Shown here: positions 10,201 through 24,567 of the stretch, one piece after another
Position numbering within the stretch: the stretch's first letter is position 1
Layout: every line of letters begins with the position of its first letter
NCBI GenBank assembly: GCA_030264375.1
Contig: JASCQW010000112.1
Location: 40,907,899-40,971,898, forward strand
Source: Carcharhinus longimanus
Lineage: Eukaryota
Length of the DNA stretch: 64,000 nucleotides
Direction: 5' to 3'
Position numbers and translations under genes: made by a program
The notes under the pieces: model-generated
Told to the model about the DNA's origin: nothing
The model's input: only the letters and a program-made list of their open reading frames with translations
The model's database searches: none

Positions 10201-12909
10201 CCTATTGTAAGTCCTTTGCTTTTGACTTTGTTGAAGTTAACCCCGTATGATGTGTTTGACGTTGAAAAAATTGCCTTGTCTGAGTAATAGTTGCTATTTG
10301 AATACTGCATGTCATGGCCTGAAATTTTCTGAGTCCAACAAGCTTTAAATATATGATGATTTAAATGTACAGCATAATCCTATTTGGCTATATTTTGCAT
10401 TGCAAAGTTACCATCTCCTTTATTCTGTAGTCATTCTGATCTATGTTCCCTTCTCCACTATGGGACTTTTGATTTTTAAAGTAGCTCGACCTATAGCTAT
10501 TTGTTACCTAGTTTAAATATTTGCATCATGTATGCCACTGGTGGAACTGTGGAGTACAAGCAGTATTTTAAAACTGCTTAGAAAGCAGATGCAAAAGGGG
10601 AAAATAAGTACCTAATAGGTGCAGCCCTTTCTATTATAAGATACTTACCATTTTATATCAGCCATACATTTGGGTGGCTTATGAAAAATTTCCTGAGAAG
10701 TCCCTTTGTAAAAGACTATGTGTAGTTCCAAGCTAACTAAGAACACAATGCTGTTGCTGATAAAATAGTGTCTTGGGGCAACGTTTTCAAGCAGAAGGGA
10801 TATGGGTGGGTGCACTTAGTGATTCATTTATGTGTTGAACTTGATCAGTTCAGAGTTGTTGAGCAATAGATTTCTGTTTACAACATTGAGCTAATAAATA
10901 AAACACAACCTGTTGAAAGTATTCTCTTAAAGGCAGCTTTTCCTTTAACCTTGTTACTTCTGCTAATACTTGTATATGATTATAAGTGTAAAGTCCTTGT
11001 ATCTGTAATGTTACTTTTTAAAGAAATAAATGTATCACAAAAGTTGTGTTGTGGATTTTATTTTAGTTTGCTCGCTGAGCAGCAGTCTTATTCAGCGACT
11101 TCCCTTGGACTAACACTGACTGTGCACCGTAAATCTGAATGTTTTAATCATTAATTTAAAAACATTGCTGCATTAATTCAAGTCCTTCGGTTAACCTTTG
11201 CGATGATTTAGCCAAAATAGTGTGGGGCTAAAAATTGTGAAATAATGCACAATTTCGACAAGTGAAATAATTTCGGTCAAATTTTTTTAATATACTTTAA
11301 ACGTGACTGAATTCTTCACCCTCAGCATTTTTTCCTTTTGGGTTCTCTTGGTGCCTCCCTACTGCAGGTGGATCTAGTCAGGAGTTCCTGATTCTCTGTT
11401 TTACACTTTAAAAGATACCTGAAGGCATTAGTCTGCTGATGAAAGTTCACTGCTTTAAAGAAGCCTGCTAGTGCAATTTTGGTGAACCTTTTTCTATGAT
11501 GTCTGGTAATCAGCATGACCACGTTTTCTCTGGTTGGATCATATTTCAGTGAAGTTTTGCATGGCTACTTATCTGTTTTTCCAAACACTTAGTAAAAGCA
11601 TCAATAAAAAGTGAAACCAGGTAGCTGTAGAACAGTTAGGTAGAGGCCTGGGTGGAAGCCATCCATATAGTTTCTTAACTGGAAATGACAAAAGGGAAGA
11701 CATTTAATAAAAGTACAGATTGGATTTGTGTTACTTAGATTTTGACGTTCTAATATCCTGCAGAAATAAAATAAATTATAAAAACATTTTCCAAGTGTTG
11801 AGTCAAGAGATCAAATTAGCGTTAATATGCTGCTTGCGCCGCCTTTATATGCTTTGTAGTGTATACGTACAATTGAATACATACCATATCCTTTTGAACA
11901 CAAATATTCCTTTGGTCATCATGTTTTCAAACATTGCACATTTGATTGGATTTCACTGATGGGAGAAACCATTAAAAACAGTCCTTCAGATTTTGTAGAA
12001 TTCTGAAAGGCAATGTTCGAATAGAATGTGCTTTGACAGGAATCATGCATCAAAAATCTTAAATATCAGTATTAACTTTAGAATTATTATATAGGCTCCT
12101 TGTAACATTGAATAGCTTCACCACTGGGGGACATTGTTGTTTCACCTTCATGTAATGCATTCTGGGAAACATAACTTAATTGTAGCCAGTTTGTGTCCTG
12201 TAGCTGTGCAATAAAACTTTCCAGAGACTTTGGCTCATAAACAAAACACATATTTACTTCTTTATGAGCCAGAAATCTCTGGAAAGTTTTATAGCAATGC
12301 TACAGAACACAAGCAGCTTGGATTGAAACCAACCCAGAATTCATTGCACGAACGAGGAATAAATGATCTCTTCCTGGTGGTGGAAAAAAAAGCAGTGTGT
12401 GCTAAACACTGCAACAAGTGGCTCAGATAACAGATTTGTGTTGAGGGTTGAAATATTAATGCCTAACTCAACTTTTAAATAAATATTCTTTTAAAAAATT
12501 AAATAAGAGCAGTACAGCTAAATGAATGTTATATTTTAAACAACTAATTGGATTGTAACAATATTTTGCTTTTCTTGTCCTCATAGCTGCGTAAAGTAAG
12601 AATTCAAGCGATGTATATGAATATATTCGAAAGTATTTTTCGTATGCTGTCTCTTATGCTAATGCCTGTATTGCACAGTACCGTTTAAATATTATTTATT
12701 TGTGATAATTATTGCAAGAACTGAGAGCTCTTCAGTTTAATTCATTTGACAACTAGATATTTTTCTAACTTCTTTAAAATCTGGCTTTGTGGATCCTTGA
12801 CCAGTATATATTAAACTTCAATTAGTTTCAGATGTCGGGATTTAAGAAAAAATCTGTGCTGAAACGTTATAGCTTAAATCTCTGTTGACTGCAAGTACAT
12901 TGTTTCCTG

Positions 12910-13064
12910 TTTCCATACCAGCTGAGGTTATTCAGTAAGGCCCCGCCTTCTCAACCTTTCCCTTGCCTGAGGTGCGGTGACGCTCAGGTTAAATCATCAC
13001 CAATCAGCTTTCCCCCTCTCAGAAAGGGGAAGAGCAGCGTCTGAGACATTAGTGACTTTTTTTT
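12910..13064 (+). mobile_element. Short 5'-truncated SINE-like repeat remnant
   Basis: GC-richer island ending in a T-run (GACTTTTTTTT); resembles a shark interspersed repeat from memory only. Confidence 0.4.
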
Positions 13065-16000
13065 CACATTCATAAAATGCAAAGTCTTATCATTACTGCC
13101 AGTTTACTTTTATCATATTGGGAAAATAAAAGGATAAACAGGTCACAATTTATGTCATGGGTAAAACAAAAGGGTAGAAGAGGGAAGTGGTTAGTTTCTG
13201 GTACCGAAGAGTTTGCTTAGAAGACATTTCAGTAACCACAGGTGTGTTATATTTTTTGAAAATATGGAAGTATTTCTGGTTATTGTCCATAGCTGTGGTT
13301 AAGCAAGGTGTTCGCAAAGAGGGAAAGGGAATGATTTGTAAATGGAATCAATCTTGAGCTCATATACTAATTGCAGTAGCTTCTCAAAAACGACACTTGC
13401 AGAGAAAATTTAATCTTGTATCCAGAAGCACATGATGTACATCAGATTACTGAAGTTAGCAAACAAATGGCAATGGTACATTTTCTCATTTTTTTGCTTT
13501 ACCTGCAATGAAGTAGATGTAAAAAAAATTGCTGTACAGCAACAAAAAACACTTTGTATAGAATAAGTTTACGAACTTAGCAAATATGAAGCAACAGAAT
13601 TTTCAAGAAGTGGAACTTAACCTGACCTGAAGGCAGCTGAGAGCTTGTGAAACTAATGTCTGAAAAATTTTCAGGCTACACTTGTGGACAAGCCAACCAA
13701 GCATGTTATTTTTAGTGTGGCTAACACATTGAGTGCCCTCTGAATTTGAAACCATTGCATTTGTTTCAAACAAATGTTTAGTTTAAAACCTGGAGCATGT
13801 TAACAATACTGAACACATTTTAGGATGAAATTAAATGATTTTTAATTTTGAATCTATTCAAATAAAGTTAACTTGGTTTATTTGGAAGGCATTTTAAAAC
13901 ATGAGTTTTAAATATGAATTGCATGTAATGTAAGAATTGTAGGTTTGCTGATCTTCACAATATTGCTGCCGCGTCATTTAAAATTTGTTAGTTACCTATT
14001 GTTGCCCGATACATTGGTCTCCATTTGCTGAAGGGATTTAAGAAAACATTTTGCAAGATTCAGCAGAAAGATTTTAGTTATTGAGCACACAACTTTTTAT
14101 ATCATGCAAAATATATAAACATTTTATTTTTCTGAAAAGCTGAGTTACATGGAGGTGAATATATTTATATGGGTAGCGTTCTGTAAACTTATTAAGAACC
14201 TGTTTTCCTTTTATAAATTATCCAACTTGACTTGAGTCTGGATAGATAAGGAAATAGACTTTAAAAATGAAGCTTGCTATTCAGTTTATATAGATTTTAT
14301 GTCTCATCAATCAGGTTTTTTTTGACACTAAACATTTAACTTGATAATGCCATTGCTTATAACAGGATACGTTCTGCAAGAAGAGTTGTCAAATGTACAA
14401 TACTCTTGCCAGAAGCTGAATGACGTTTCCGTACAACACCAGTCCTGAATCTGCTAACTGGTTTTATTTTAGTGTATAAATGTTCCAAGAATGCCCAAAT
14501 ATTTAATGGAAGCAACCCAACAGTGAGCAAAACATTCCATTATATAATTGTTTATATTAAGCAAACACCATAGGATATGTAGGAAATTGATGCCTGAGTA
14601 AATATTGCCTGTTCAAACAAAAGTGCTGCTTAAAAGTGTATCCATTAACTGACATCTCGTGTGCTAAAAATGGCAACTGATGGACCTTGTTTCATGAATA
14701 TTTCCCCTTTTGCTTTTTGTATCCATACATCATGTTGTTTCCGGTTGAGGGAGACAGTTTTCTGGTAGCCACTGTTACTTCATACCCATCTGTTATTAAG
14801 TGCAGAAGACAGCATAGGACAACCTATCTACTTATTTTCCTTTTCTAGTTGAGTACTAAAGCGATTCTAGTTTATGAATTATATAATTTTATATCTACTG
14901 TTCGTTGAGTTGCTTGCAACAGCTGTATGTAACCATTCTGTTGTAATCCCTGCTGTGAATAAGATGCACTTGACTTCCATCTCTATATTATGGATTATTT
15001 AAGAACAAGGAAACTCTGGGAGCAAGCAGCTTATTTCTGGTTTTGCTAACTGTCTCCACCTGTGTGTAGCTTTATTACAGCCTTTGGCATACTTTACAAG
15101 GTGTATCTGGCCTAATCGTATGCTCTGCATTAAATCTGTGAAATTTTGATTCATTTGTGATATTTCCATACATACACAATTAGTTTTGTCATGGGTATTT
15201 TAAATATTTATGATCGCTATACCAATGTTTACAATCCGATAATCTCGAGGATCTAGTTTCAACGTGACTAAAGAGGAGACTAATCATTGTGCAGTTTGTA
15301 GGCCTTTGATTCTTAAGACCTCACACCAATGGATTTTTATTAACTGAATTAAAACTAGGTTGCATTCCACTTCTGATTTGACTTAATTTTAAATTGTGAG
15401 TATTAAGGTGACATTTTCAAAAATGTATTGATAATGATGAAATTGCCTTTCTAATCGCTGGAATATTTTAAACGACAAAACAACTTTCTATTCTGCCAAG
15501 ATGATGAAGTGGTGCTCAGACATGAGGCTGCGTTTTAACATGTGCTGTAGTGTTACAGAACAAAGTAGCAGGGATTGAAAAACAGTCATTCACAAGTCTT
15601 TGTGCTGATTGAAACATTTTTGTTGTAGTTCTTACAATTTGTGCAAAACATTCACCAGTTTCTGCATGTATGTTAGGTTTTTCTCATTAATGACCCTTGT
15701 TTTGTTGCTGAACAAGTATATATTTTTATGTGTATGCAACAGAACTTGTTGCATGTTTTCCATAAGGGCAAAAAGCTCCTGATGTGATTGAAAACTCTGC
15801 GAGACAGTGAATGGAATGTGAAGGCATGTGGACACAGATGGAATTAACTATGCTTGACTGGTTACTGGACTAGACAGTCATGTGATGTAGCCTTCATTCC
15901 CAGTGGCGTTCCTGAAGGAACAGTTGTTATTGGTGCATGTTACACGTCTGTGCTGCTGTAAGTCAGAGAAACAATCCTTTACTGTCATCAATCTCCTTTC

Positions 16001-18788
16001 ACTGAGCAGAGATGAATGACTTCTTACAATTCCTGCATTGTACAGTAATTCACAAACACACATAGTAATCTATTCAGTTTTTTTTATTTCTAGGAGCTAT
16101 TGCAATCAAGATTGCCATTAGTATGAGCCTGAGAGAGTTAGGATAACCTCATGCAGTAAAAATGGTAGTGTAATAACTACTTCAAATGCTGATTTAAGTA
16201 TGTGTGTATTGGAAATGAAAAGATTCATACTGGGGCAAAGAAATGGTCAATGAAAACTAAATATTTTTTCTTCTATTGTAGTTGGTTAAATTATAGCTTA
16301 CAATCTCTTACATTTTACTGATATACAGCTTTACAGTTACAAAAATCATTTATGAAAATACATCCACATTTGTGAATTTATTTAAATCTTATATATTGGT
16401 AGAAGTTTAAAAACAAAATTACTCAGGAAATCTTGTAGGCATTAATATATTTTGGCTGTTTCTAGGTTGGTTTATTATTTTTTCTTAAGTAAGCACTTAA
16501 TTTATTGAACTGGTACATCTTTACTGAAAAGCTTTCTTTTGACAGAAATGCATTTTTCATGCCATATAAAGTGCAAGTAACTAAATACAAAGAAATAATA
16601 CTTTTAATTGAAAATCTTCAAGAAAGTTTTAGTAATTGGCCACACCCTTCCCTAATGGAATAAGAAGCTTATTCAAAGGTGCTCTTTATGTTCTGTTTAT
16701 AAGTTATTTCTAGAAAGAATAAAACCAAATGATATGCCACATCAAAATGTGACAAATCCAGTAATGAGAATACTTACCATACATTTCGGAGCAATGTGGA
16801 TTTGGAAATTTTGATTTTTGTACAAGTAAAACAGAAAAAGGCTGTTTATTTGGATGATACACTATCCAATTGGAAGAATTATTCACAAATCATTTCACTG
16901 TTAATTGATGATTCTGAGGGCCTGTGCGCCTGCATAGTTACAGAGAAGAAACCGAATAGCAGCTCCTTTGTGACTGTAATGCTGCAAAGACTAAGTCTGT
17001 CGTTGCTTTATTTTTAGCTGCTCTATATTCTGGCAGCTGCTCTGCCTCTCATTTAAGTAGGCTTTTATTACTGTGGCATGTGAGTAGAATACCGCACAGT
17101 CTAAAAAAATTGATTATTCTACAGAATGATGCAGAGGAGCTTCGAGTGCAGGATGGTTGAGTGTTGAATTTCAAAGATAGCTTTGCTGAATTGGCACACA
17201 CATTTAATGGCTGACCCTCCCTTGCTATTTTGTTTCTCTCAACACTAAATATATCATGTGGCAGTTGCAAATGGGTAGCTGGTTGGCAGAATGGTATACT
17301 GTTACATTTGTTCAAGAGTTGGGCAATGCTGGTAGTTATACAACGCTTTTGAATGCCGTTGTGCATATAAAAAAAATCAGAATATACTTGTATTGCATAA
17401 TGAGGACTGCTCTCGGATTTAAATGAACAACTGCACATAATGGCAAAGAATGTCAGTGCAGTTAACTATAAACTGTACTGGCTGCCTGCACTGGCTACTC
17501 TGTTTTAATATTATCACCCAGAATTAATTCATAAAAATGTTGCTTTTACTTCTGCTACTGGGCAGTTTCTTTAAAAAGAATTACATGGAAATGCATGACC
17601 ATGGTTGTTTTTGCCTGATCTGGACTTGAGAGAGCACCAGCTAAAAATATCAGAGCATTTTTGCTGTATCATATACCAGCTGGGGAATCTAATCTGGGAA
17701 AGTGTGATTTAACTCCCTGGGGCTTATACATGGGAAACAGACTACTTCGGAGCTTTCATTTTAGTTGCCCTGCCCTGAAAACCTTGAAAAATTCAGCAAC
17801 AGCCAGTAATGTAGGGCACTCTTGCAAAAGTAATTTCTATAAATTTAGTATCTCCTCTGATCCATAATTTTGATGGAAAAGGAAATTTGGGGGAAGCAGT
17901 CTGAATGTCTTCAGTGCGGTTATTTTGGAGAATAGTTAAAGGGTTACTTGTTTCTTGGCATATTGGTTTACGTTGCTACAGTTGTACATGATATGTTGGT
18001 GGATTTTGCTGAAGCATGCATTGTCTGTTGCCATACTGGGGTTTCATGCCTCAGAATTGTAGTCTTTGTGTTACAAAGAAACAATGAAAGGAATTGGATA
18101 AAAACACATCTGTGGGAACTTGCAGTCCCAGTGTAATTATTATTCTGGGTTGTATGTTCTGTGCTTTAACTCTTACTTTGACAAAAACCTGACTCAGATT
18201 TTGCAAAAGTATTTGCATTTTGTTTCATATTCCATTCTGTATGGTTGAATAGCTTTGATTTTATAGAAGTTATAAATGCAGCGAATTAAAGTTTATTTTT
18301 CAAAATCCTGATTTTCATATTGACCTGGATTTTGTGTTGGGAAGTAGGTGAGGCTCACAGCGATCTCTGTTTATTATGGAGTAAATCAGCCAACAGCTTC
18401 TGGATTACGTATCTGCACAGTGAAACATGAAAATCTGGGCACTGCACTCTGTCACCCTGTTGCTCTCCAGGTTGAGCTACGCCAGTGTTGTGCTGATAGA
18501 CTCAGCATTGATGTTATATTAGTGTGGAAGTTATTGTTCTTATCCACTTGTTACCAACTAAACACAGAAAAGTTAGGGCTGGTGCATTTATGTGAAAGTA
18601 ATTTTTTAATGAGCTGATAAGTCATAATTACTCAATTCTGATGGCACAGAATATATTTTTGTAATTGTGGAGTTATTTCTTCGTAATTTAGTGTTGGAGA
18701 ATTTTAATTTTTTAAAAAACTGCTTCCATCTTTTATCCCTCTTTATGCCCACCTTACTTGCACACTCTGTTTTGCTTTCTAAATCAGC

Positions 18789-20213
18789 ATGTGAATTAGG
18801 AGCAAGAGTAGACCATCCAGCCCCTTGAGCCAGCCCCACCTTTCAATCAGATCATGACTGATCTGATTGTAACTTCAATCCCACATTCCTATCTACCCCT
18901 GATAACCTTTCACCCCCCCCCCCCCTTGTTAATCGAGAATCTATCTAGCTCAGCGTTAAAAATATTCAAAGATTGCTTTCGCTGCCTTTTGATGAGGCAA
19001 GTTCCAGAGGCTTATGGCCCTCTGAGGTAGAAATGTTTCTCCTCATCTTTGTCTTAAGTGAACAGCCCCTTATTTTAAAACAGTGATCCCTAGTTCTAGA
19101 TTTTCTGATGAGTAAAAATCACCTTTCCACATCCACCCTGTAAATGCACCTCAGGCTGTTAAAGGTTTTGATCATATTGCCCCTGACGCTTCTAAACTCT
19201 CATGGATACTTCCCTGCTGTTAGGCTTGTAAACCTTCTCTGAACAGCTAATACACTTACATTTTTCCTTAACTGAAGAGACCAATACTGTACACAATACT
19301 CCAGATGTGGTTTTACCAATGCCCTATATACCTGGAGCATAACCGCCCTACTTTTGTAATCGATACCTTCGCAATAAATGAGAACATTCTATTGGCTTTC
19401 CTAAATAGTTGCTGTATATATACACTAGTCTTTAGAGCTTCATGCGCTTATTGTCTAAATGGTAGGTGCAGAGGAATCCTCTGCACCCACCTTTTAGATA
19501 ATAAGCTGCTTTTCTTCTTCCTGCCAAAATGGACAATTTCACATTTGTCCACATTATACTCCATTTGCCAGAGTTTCACCCACTCACTTTACCTATGTCC
19601 TTTTGTAACTTCCTTACATCTTCACAGTTTACTTTCCTATTTGTCTTTGTGTCGTCAGCAAACATCCATATCTTCGGTCCTGACATCTAGGTCAGAAGGA
19701 GATCCAGTTATGCCAATCTTCTGTCTCCTGTTGGCTAGCCAATCTTCAGTCTAGGAAAATATGTTTCCTCCTATGCCATGAACTTTTATTTTACACAATA
19801 ATCTATGATGTGGCACCTTATCAAATGCCTTCTGGAAATCAAAGTATAATAAATTTGCTGGTTCCTCTTTGGCATAAGTGGCTCCTTCAAAGAATTCCAA
19901 TGAATTGGTTAAAGATGATTTCTCTTTCACAAAACCATATTGACTACCTGACTATCTTGAATTTTTCCAAGTGCCATGCTATAACATCTTTAATAATGGC
20001 TTCTAACATTTTTCCTATGACAAATGTTAGACCAACTGGCCTGTAGTTTTCTTTTTTTCTGTCTCTCTTTGAGTTATATTTGCTGTCTTCCAATCTCATG
20101 AAACCTTGCCTGAGTTTTGGAAAATTAAAACCAATGCATCAACTATTTTATTAGCTGCTTCTTTCAAAACTTTAAGCTGAAGTCCATGTGGACCAGGGTA
20201 TTTGTCAGCCTGC
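18789..20213 (-). mobile_element. Decayed CR1-type LINE, 3' ~1.4 kb with deletions
   Basis: Minus strand encodes NYRPVGL (~20025-20048) and DFQKAFDKVP (~19810-19841); CR1-type 3' tail at the left end (TTAGGAGCAAGAGTAGACCATCCAGCCCCTTGAGCC on +). Confidence 0.9.
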
Positions 20214-20770
20214 AGACGTATGGTTTAAATCCAATTAATATTTCTTGTTTTAAAGTCAAATAAAAAGTTTAACTCATTTAAAACCTATTCAGTCACACAG
20301 TTAAAATCCAGCTCCATGTTTCACCCTCAATCTGGTCAAAAAGCCTCACTTTTTTTTTTAACCTTGTCACATGGAGTGCGCTGTGTTCAAATCAGGTGCC
20401 CAATGACAGGATGTTTCTGCTCAAAAACATACCAAAGTTTTTGTGGGCAGCTGCCAGTGTCGTGAATGGCGAGCACCGTTCATTTGCTGCTGACTACAAA
20501 ATCTGGCCAATGCAAGCATGGGGTTGAAATTTAAACTTTTTGAGTAACAGCCAAGTAGAACCTTACATTAATTATATCACCATATAAACTTAATTTATTA
20601 CTTAAGTAGTGAGTGTGGCTAAAAATAGCAATGAGACAACAAAAGTAATTTTCAAGTCAGTAGAGCATTTTGCTTCATTCATATTTATGTATTATGTTAC
20701 TAATAGAGCACCTCAGATGCAGCTACATAAAAATCAAGTGTGTCCGAAAATCAGACATATTTTCCCACAC

Positions 20771-20976
20771 CCCAGCGAACCTTGGCCTCACCAGACCCAG
20801 CTTGGAAAAGCTTGAGGGAATTGCCTAGCACTGATCGACTTCATGTGCCTGACATTTCCTGCACTCCAGCTTATTTTGATCCAGCCCAGCTCGGAGAAGT
20901 TTGAGGAGTTGCTGAGTACTGATCAACTTGTGTCTGATGCTCCAGTGAACCTTGTCCCCACCCAACCCAGTGTAGA
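20771..20976. repeat. Degenerate tandem repeat, ~80-95-bp unit, ~2.3 copies
   Basis: CCCAGCTTGGAAAAGCTTGAGGGAATTGCCTAGCACTGATCGACTT vs CCCAGCTCGGAGAAGTTTGAGGAGTTGCTGAGTACTGATCAACTT; CCAGCGAACCTTG vs CCAGTGAACCTTG. Confidence 0.65.
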
Positions 20977-23900
20977 TGTGGTTGAACACACCCAGGAAGA
21001 AAAAAAGATTCATACAGAATCCAGTGAGATAGAATATTTCATCGTGTGTTGTGCTTGGCATCAGGATATGAGTTGTCTTGTTACAATACAGGGTATCTGT
21101 ATTGTGTTTTGATGCCATTAAGGCCACCCAAATAGAAGCCCAAGGGCTTAAATTCAAACATTGCGTTTGAATCCCAAAAGCCTCAAGTTCCATGGGCTCT
21201 GATTGCCTTCTTGCAGCTGGCCCAAGTCAGTTCAAAGAGAGTTATTAAAGATTATGGCACAATCTTGCATGAACAAAAAGCAAATAGTTTTCAGTTATAA
21301 CTACAGGGTATTTTTAACATTTTTTTGATTGATCTTTTCTCATTTTAAACAGGTGTACTGATGTAGGGAGGTGGGGGAGGCGTGAAAGAGTTATTAAATC
21401 CAATGCATGAGAAGTGAATTAATGTCAGCAGTGACATGCTTATTAACCCAAACTATCGTGCAATGATGATCAGCTGGTTTTTCTGTGTCCCCTTTTCACT
21501 GAATTAAGGTATTCTGATTTGAATTAATGGATTCTGATTTTTTTTTCTTAATGTAGGCCAACATGTACCGAAATCTGGCACAGTTTTGGTCCTGAGATTG
21601 CCAGATTTGAAGTGCTCTATCTCATAAAATGTAAGCTGGGAATGAGAATCAGAAGAAAATGAACAACTTGTTTTGCTGTTGACACTTACTCCTAGTTGCA
21701 GTGTTAAGCAGGCAGTGGGTGACCCTTGGTCATTTGACTCTTCGAAGATGTCAATCCTTGGCACGTATTCTGCAGTTATAAGTTGACTTTCCAGGAAAGG
21801 CCTGGTGGTTTGGGCTGTGGAGCTTTGGGCCCAGCCAGATCATCACAAACCTAGTTCAAATTTGACAAATTCTAGCCTTGATTTCTTTGTGAACCTCAGG
21901 TCATGTCAGTAAATCATGGAACAACAGGAATAGGACGCACAAAGATGTTGGCATCTGAGCATATTATTTGCTAGCTCAAGGAGGAAGTGCAGCATTAAAC
22001 AACAAGAGTGGGCCAGTGTAGATGTTCAAGCACACACAAAATAAGTTTGAATTGTTGGATGCATGCATCCAGAGGCCTTTTTTATTTGCATTGTTTTCAT
22101 AGTTGACCTTGTTTTCTGCCAGTGATCCAGCTTGGTAACACATCTCATTATGCACAAGAACAAAACAAAAAAGCTGCCTACAGATAGTTGTATATGTGCT
22201 GCCATCTGGGGTATTTAGTTAGCAGCAATTTTCAGAGAGATAAATACTTTGTTATTTTTGAAGATTGCTCATAGAGGTCAGATTACGCAATTGGTTGACA
22301 AATGTTTTGAGTTTGGATTCAATGTTGATTCAATCAAAAGAGGATGCTTGAAATTTAGTGAACGCCGGAACATGAACATGAGTGAATTCAGCAGTGCAGT
22401 TCTGATGCCAGAAAAATTAGTATTCCAATAGCTTACATAGTGAGAATTCTGCGAGGGAGCTTGGCTTGAGGCCAAGGAAACAGAAGATGGTGAATTTAAT
22501 TTGCTATTCCAGTAAGGAAAATCAAAGAGTTTTTGTCATTGGGGAAGGATTTGTCTTTCAAGTTTTCTACCTTGCCTTGTTTCTTAAATTCTGATTTCCA
22601 CATCTCCCCACCCCACCCACCCAAACAGAATCACCAAAATAGCTGAAGGGACAATGTCAGGTTCTTCATGACAGTAATCTAATTTATCCAACCGTAAAGC
22701 AGAGGGGAAAACAGTGAAATAAAATGAAGGAAAAATTAACAGTTAAATCAACAATTGTGCAACAATATAGGGAAAAATATCTGCTAGGAACTCAAAAATG
22801 AAATATACCTATCCATTCTCTGAACATTGGACAAACAAAATATGTATTGGCTTCTTATTTTCATTTGAGATTCCTGGTTGCATTAGGTACTTGGGTGGAT
22901 TGGAATCCACCTGGAAGTGACATTGAGCAACTAATCTAGAAGAATGATGTCTTAGGAAGTACGCAAACACACACATGAATACCTGTTTCAAGTTCAAAGA
23001 TGCATTTTATTCCTGATAATTTTACTGCAAAGCCCTAGAATATCAGAATCATCTTTACTGAATCACCATCATCAAATTAAAAGAATGTGTTTATTTTGTT
23101 ATTCATGTTCTACCCAGCAGTAAATATTGCTGAAATAGCTTGCATAATTTTTCCCACTTAATAAATAAATGGGTAGAAAATTAAGGTGACAAATTCAAAA
23201 CCCAAGTCTTACCCAGAGGGGCAAGCATATTTTGGAACAATCTGAAATATATTTGTCTTTAAATAATCTGTCACTTTTTACTAAAATGCAGGATTAAAGC
23301 TTGTGTGATTTACCAATTCATTATTTTGCTTTGTCAATTGTATAAATCCTGATCAAAATGCTGCATTTTTTCACATGGGTTATTTATGGTTCAGGATTCA
23401 GCCATGTTTAAATGGAATCTTAATTAAGAAGGCTGTATTATTGCTAAACCTGTCAATGATGCGACACAAAATTAATGATGGGGCTCAGATTCCCCCACTT
23501 CCTCTACTCCCTGTCAACCTCCCCACTAACTAATTTCTTACACTATTACTGGTTAGTACTTGAATGTACAAAATAAAACAGCTGTTGTACTAATGGAAAA
23601 TAGTTTTCAGGTAAACAAGTAAAGGAAGCTCAATGCCTCACTGAAATAAAATTTGGTTTCCTTGTGAGGCTGAAACTGTTGATACATTAGTTAGATTCAT
23701 GCATTGGAGGTGTAGAAACATTTTATGGAAAGACCTTGGATTTCTGCTGCTTGTGCTGGCTGTATGATGAGGTTGACCAAAAATACTTTGGTTTTATAGC
23801 ATTAATAAAAGCATCACAGACTAAACTGCTGTGGCAATCTTCTATCCGTTGTGGAAAATATTTTCAAAATTACTTCTAATGTAAATATTATTGAACTAAG

Positions 23901-24387
23901 TTTTGGACTTCCCGCAAAGTCTCTTCATCTGTGTGTCTGCTAGCTTAAAAATCCTTGTAGATAAATGTCGAGGGAAATCAGCCTTTATATTTGTATTGAA
24001 AAGTGTGTTTTATACAGCTGTATCCCATTTTAAGTAGTTCCAAGGAAAGTTTTGTTGTAATGTAGTTCAAAAGTTGTTACTGATTTAATAATTTTAAATG
24101 ACTTGCCCTGTTGTAATGTATTTTACCAAAGTTTCAAGGTAGTCAGGTCATTTAGGAATTCAGAATACCCTGACCAAGTCAAGATAAGAAAGGAAATGAA
24201 AAATTCAGAAGCTTGAAATCTGAAGTAAAAACAAAATCCAGAACAGCCAGCTGTCTTACTAAAATAATCGAAGCAAAAATAAATCTCAACATGGGGAGGA
24301 GCACAAGACCAATCCAGGGATAGAAATGACTCTTTGGTGGTTAAGCAGAGACCAAATTAAAATATAGTAAACTACTTCCAGCAATGC

Positions 24388-24567
24388 ATTCACTGTTGCT
24401 GGGTCAAATTCCTGGAACTCCCTTCCTTGCTGTATTGTGGGCATATTTACAACACATGGACTGCAGTGTTTCAAGAAGGCAGTTCACCGCCACTTTCTTG
24501 AGGTCAAAAAGAGATGGGCAATAAATGCTGGTCTAGCCAGTGGTCTCATGAATGAACTAAAAAAAAC
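24388..24567 (+). mobile_element. 3' end of a CR1/L2-group LINE
   Basis: Reads FTVAGSNSWNSLP (LINE ORF2 C-terminal WNSLP motif), then GATGGGCAATAAAT...CATGAATGAAC and an A-tail. Confidence 0.75.
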
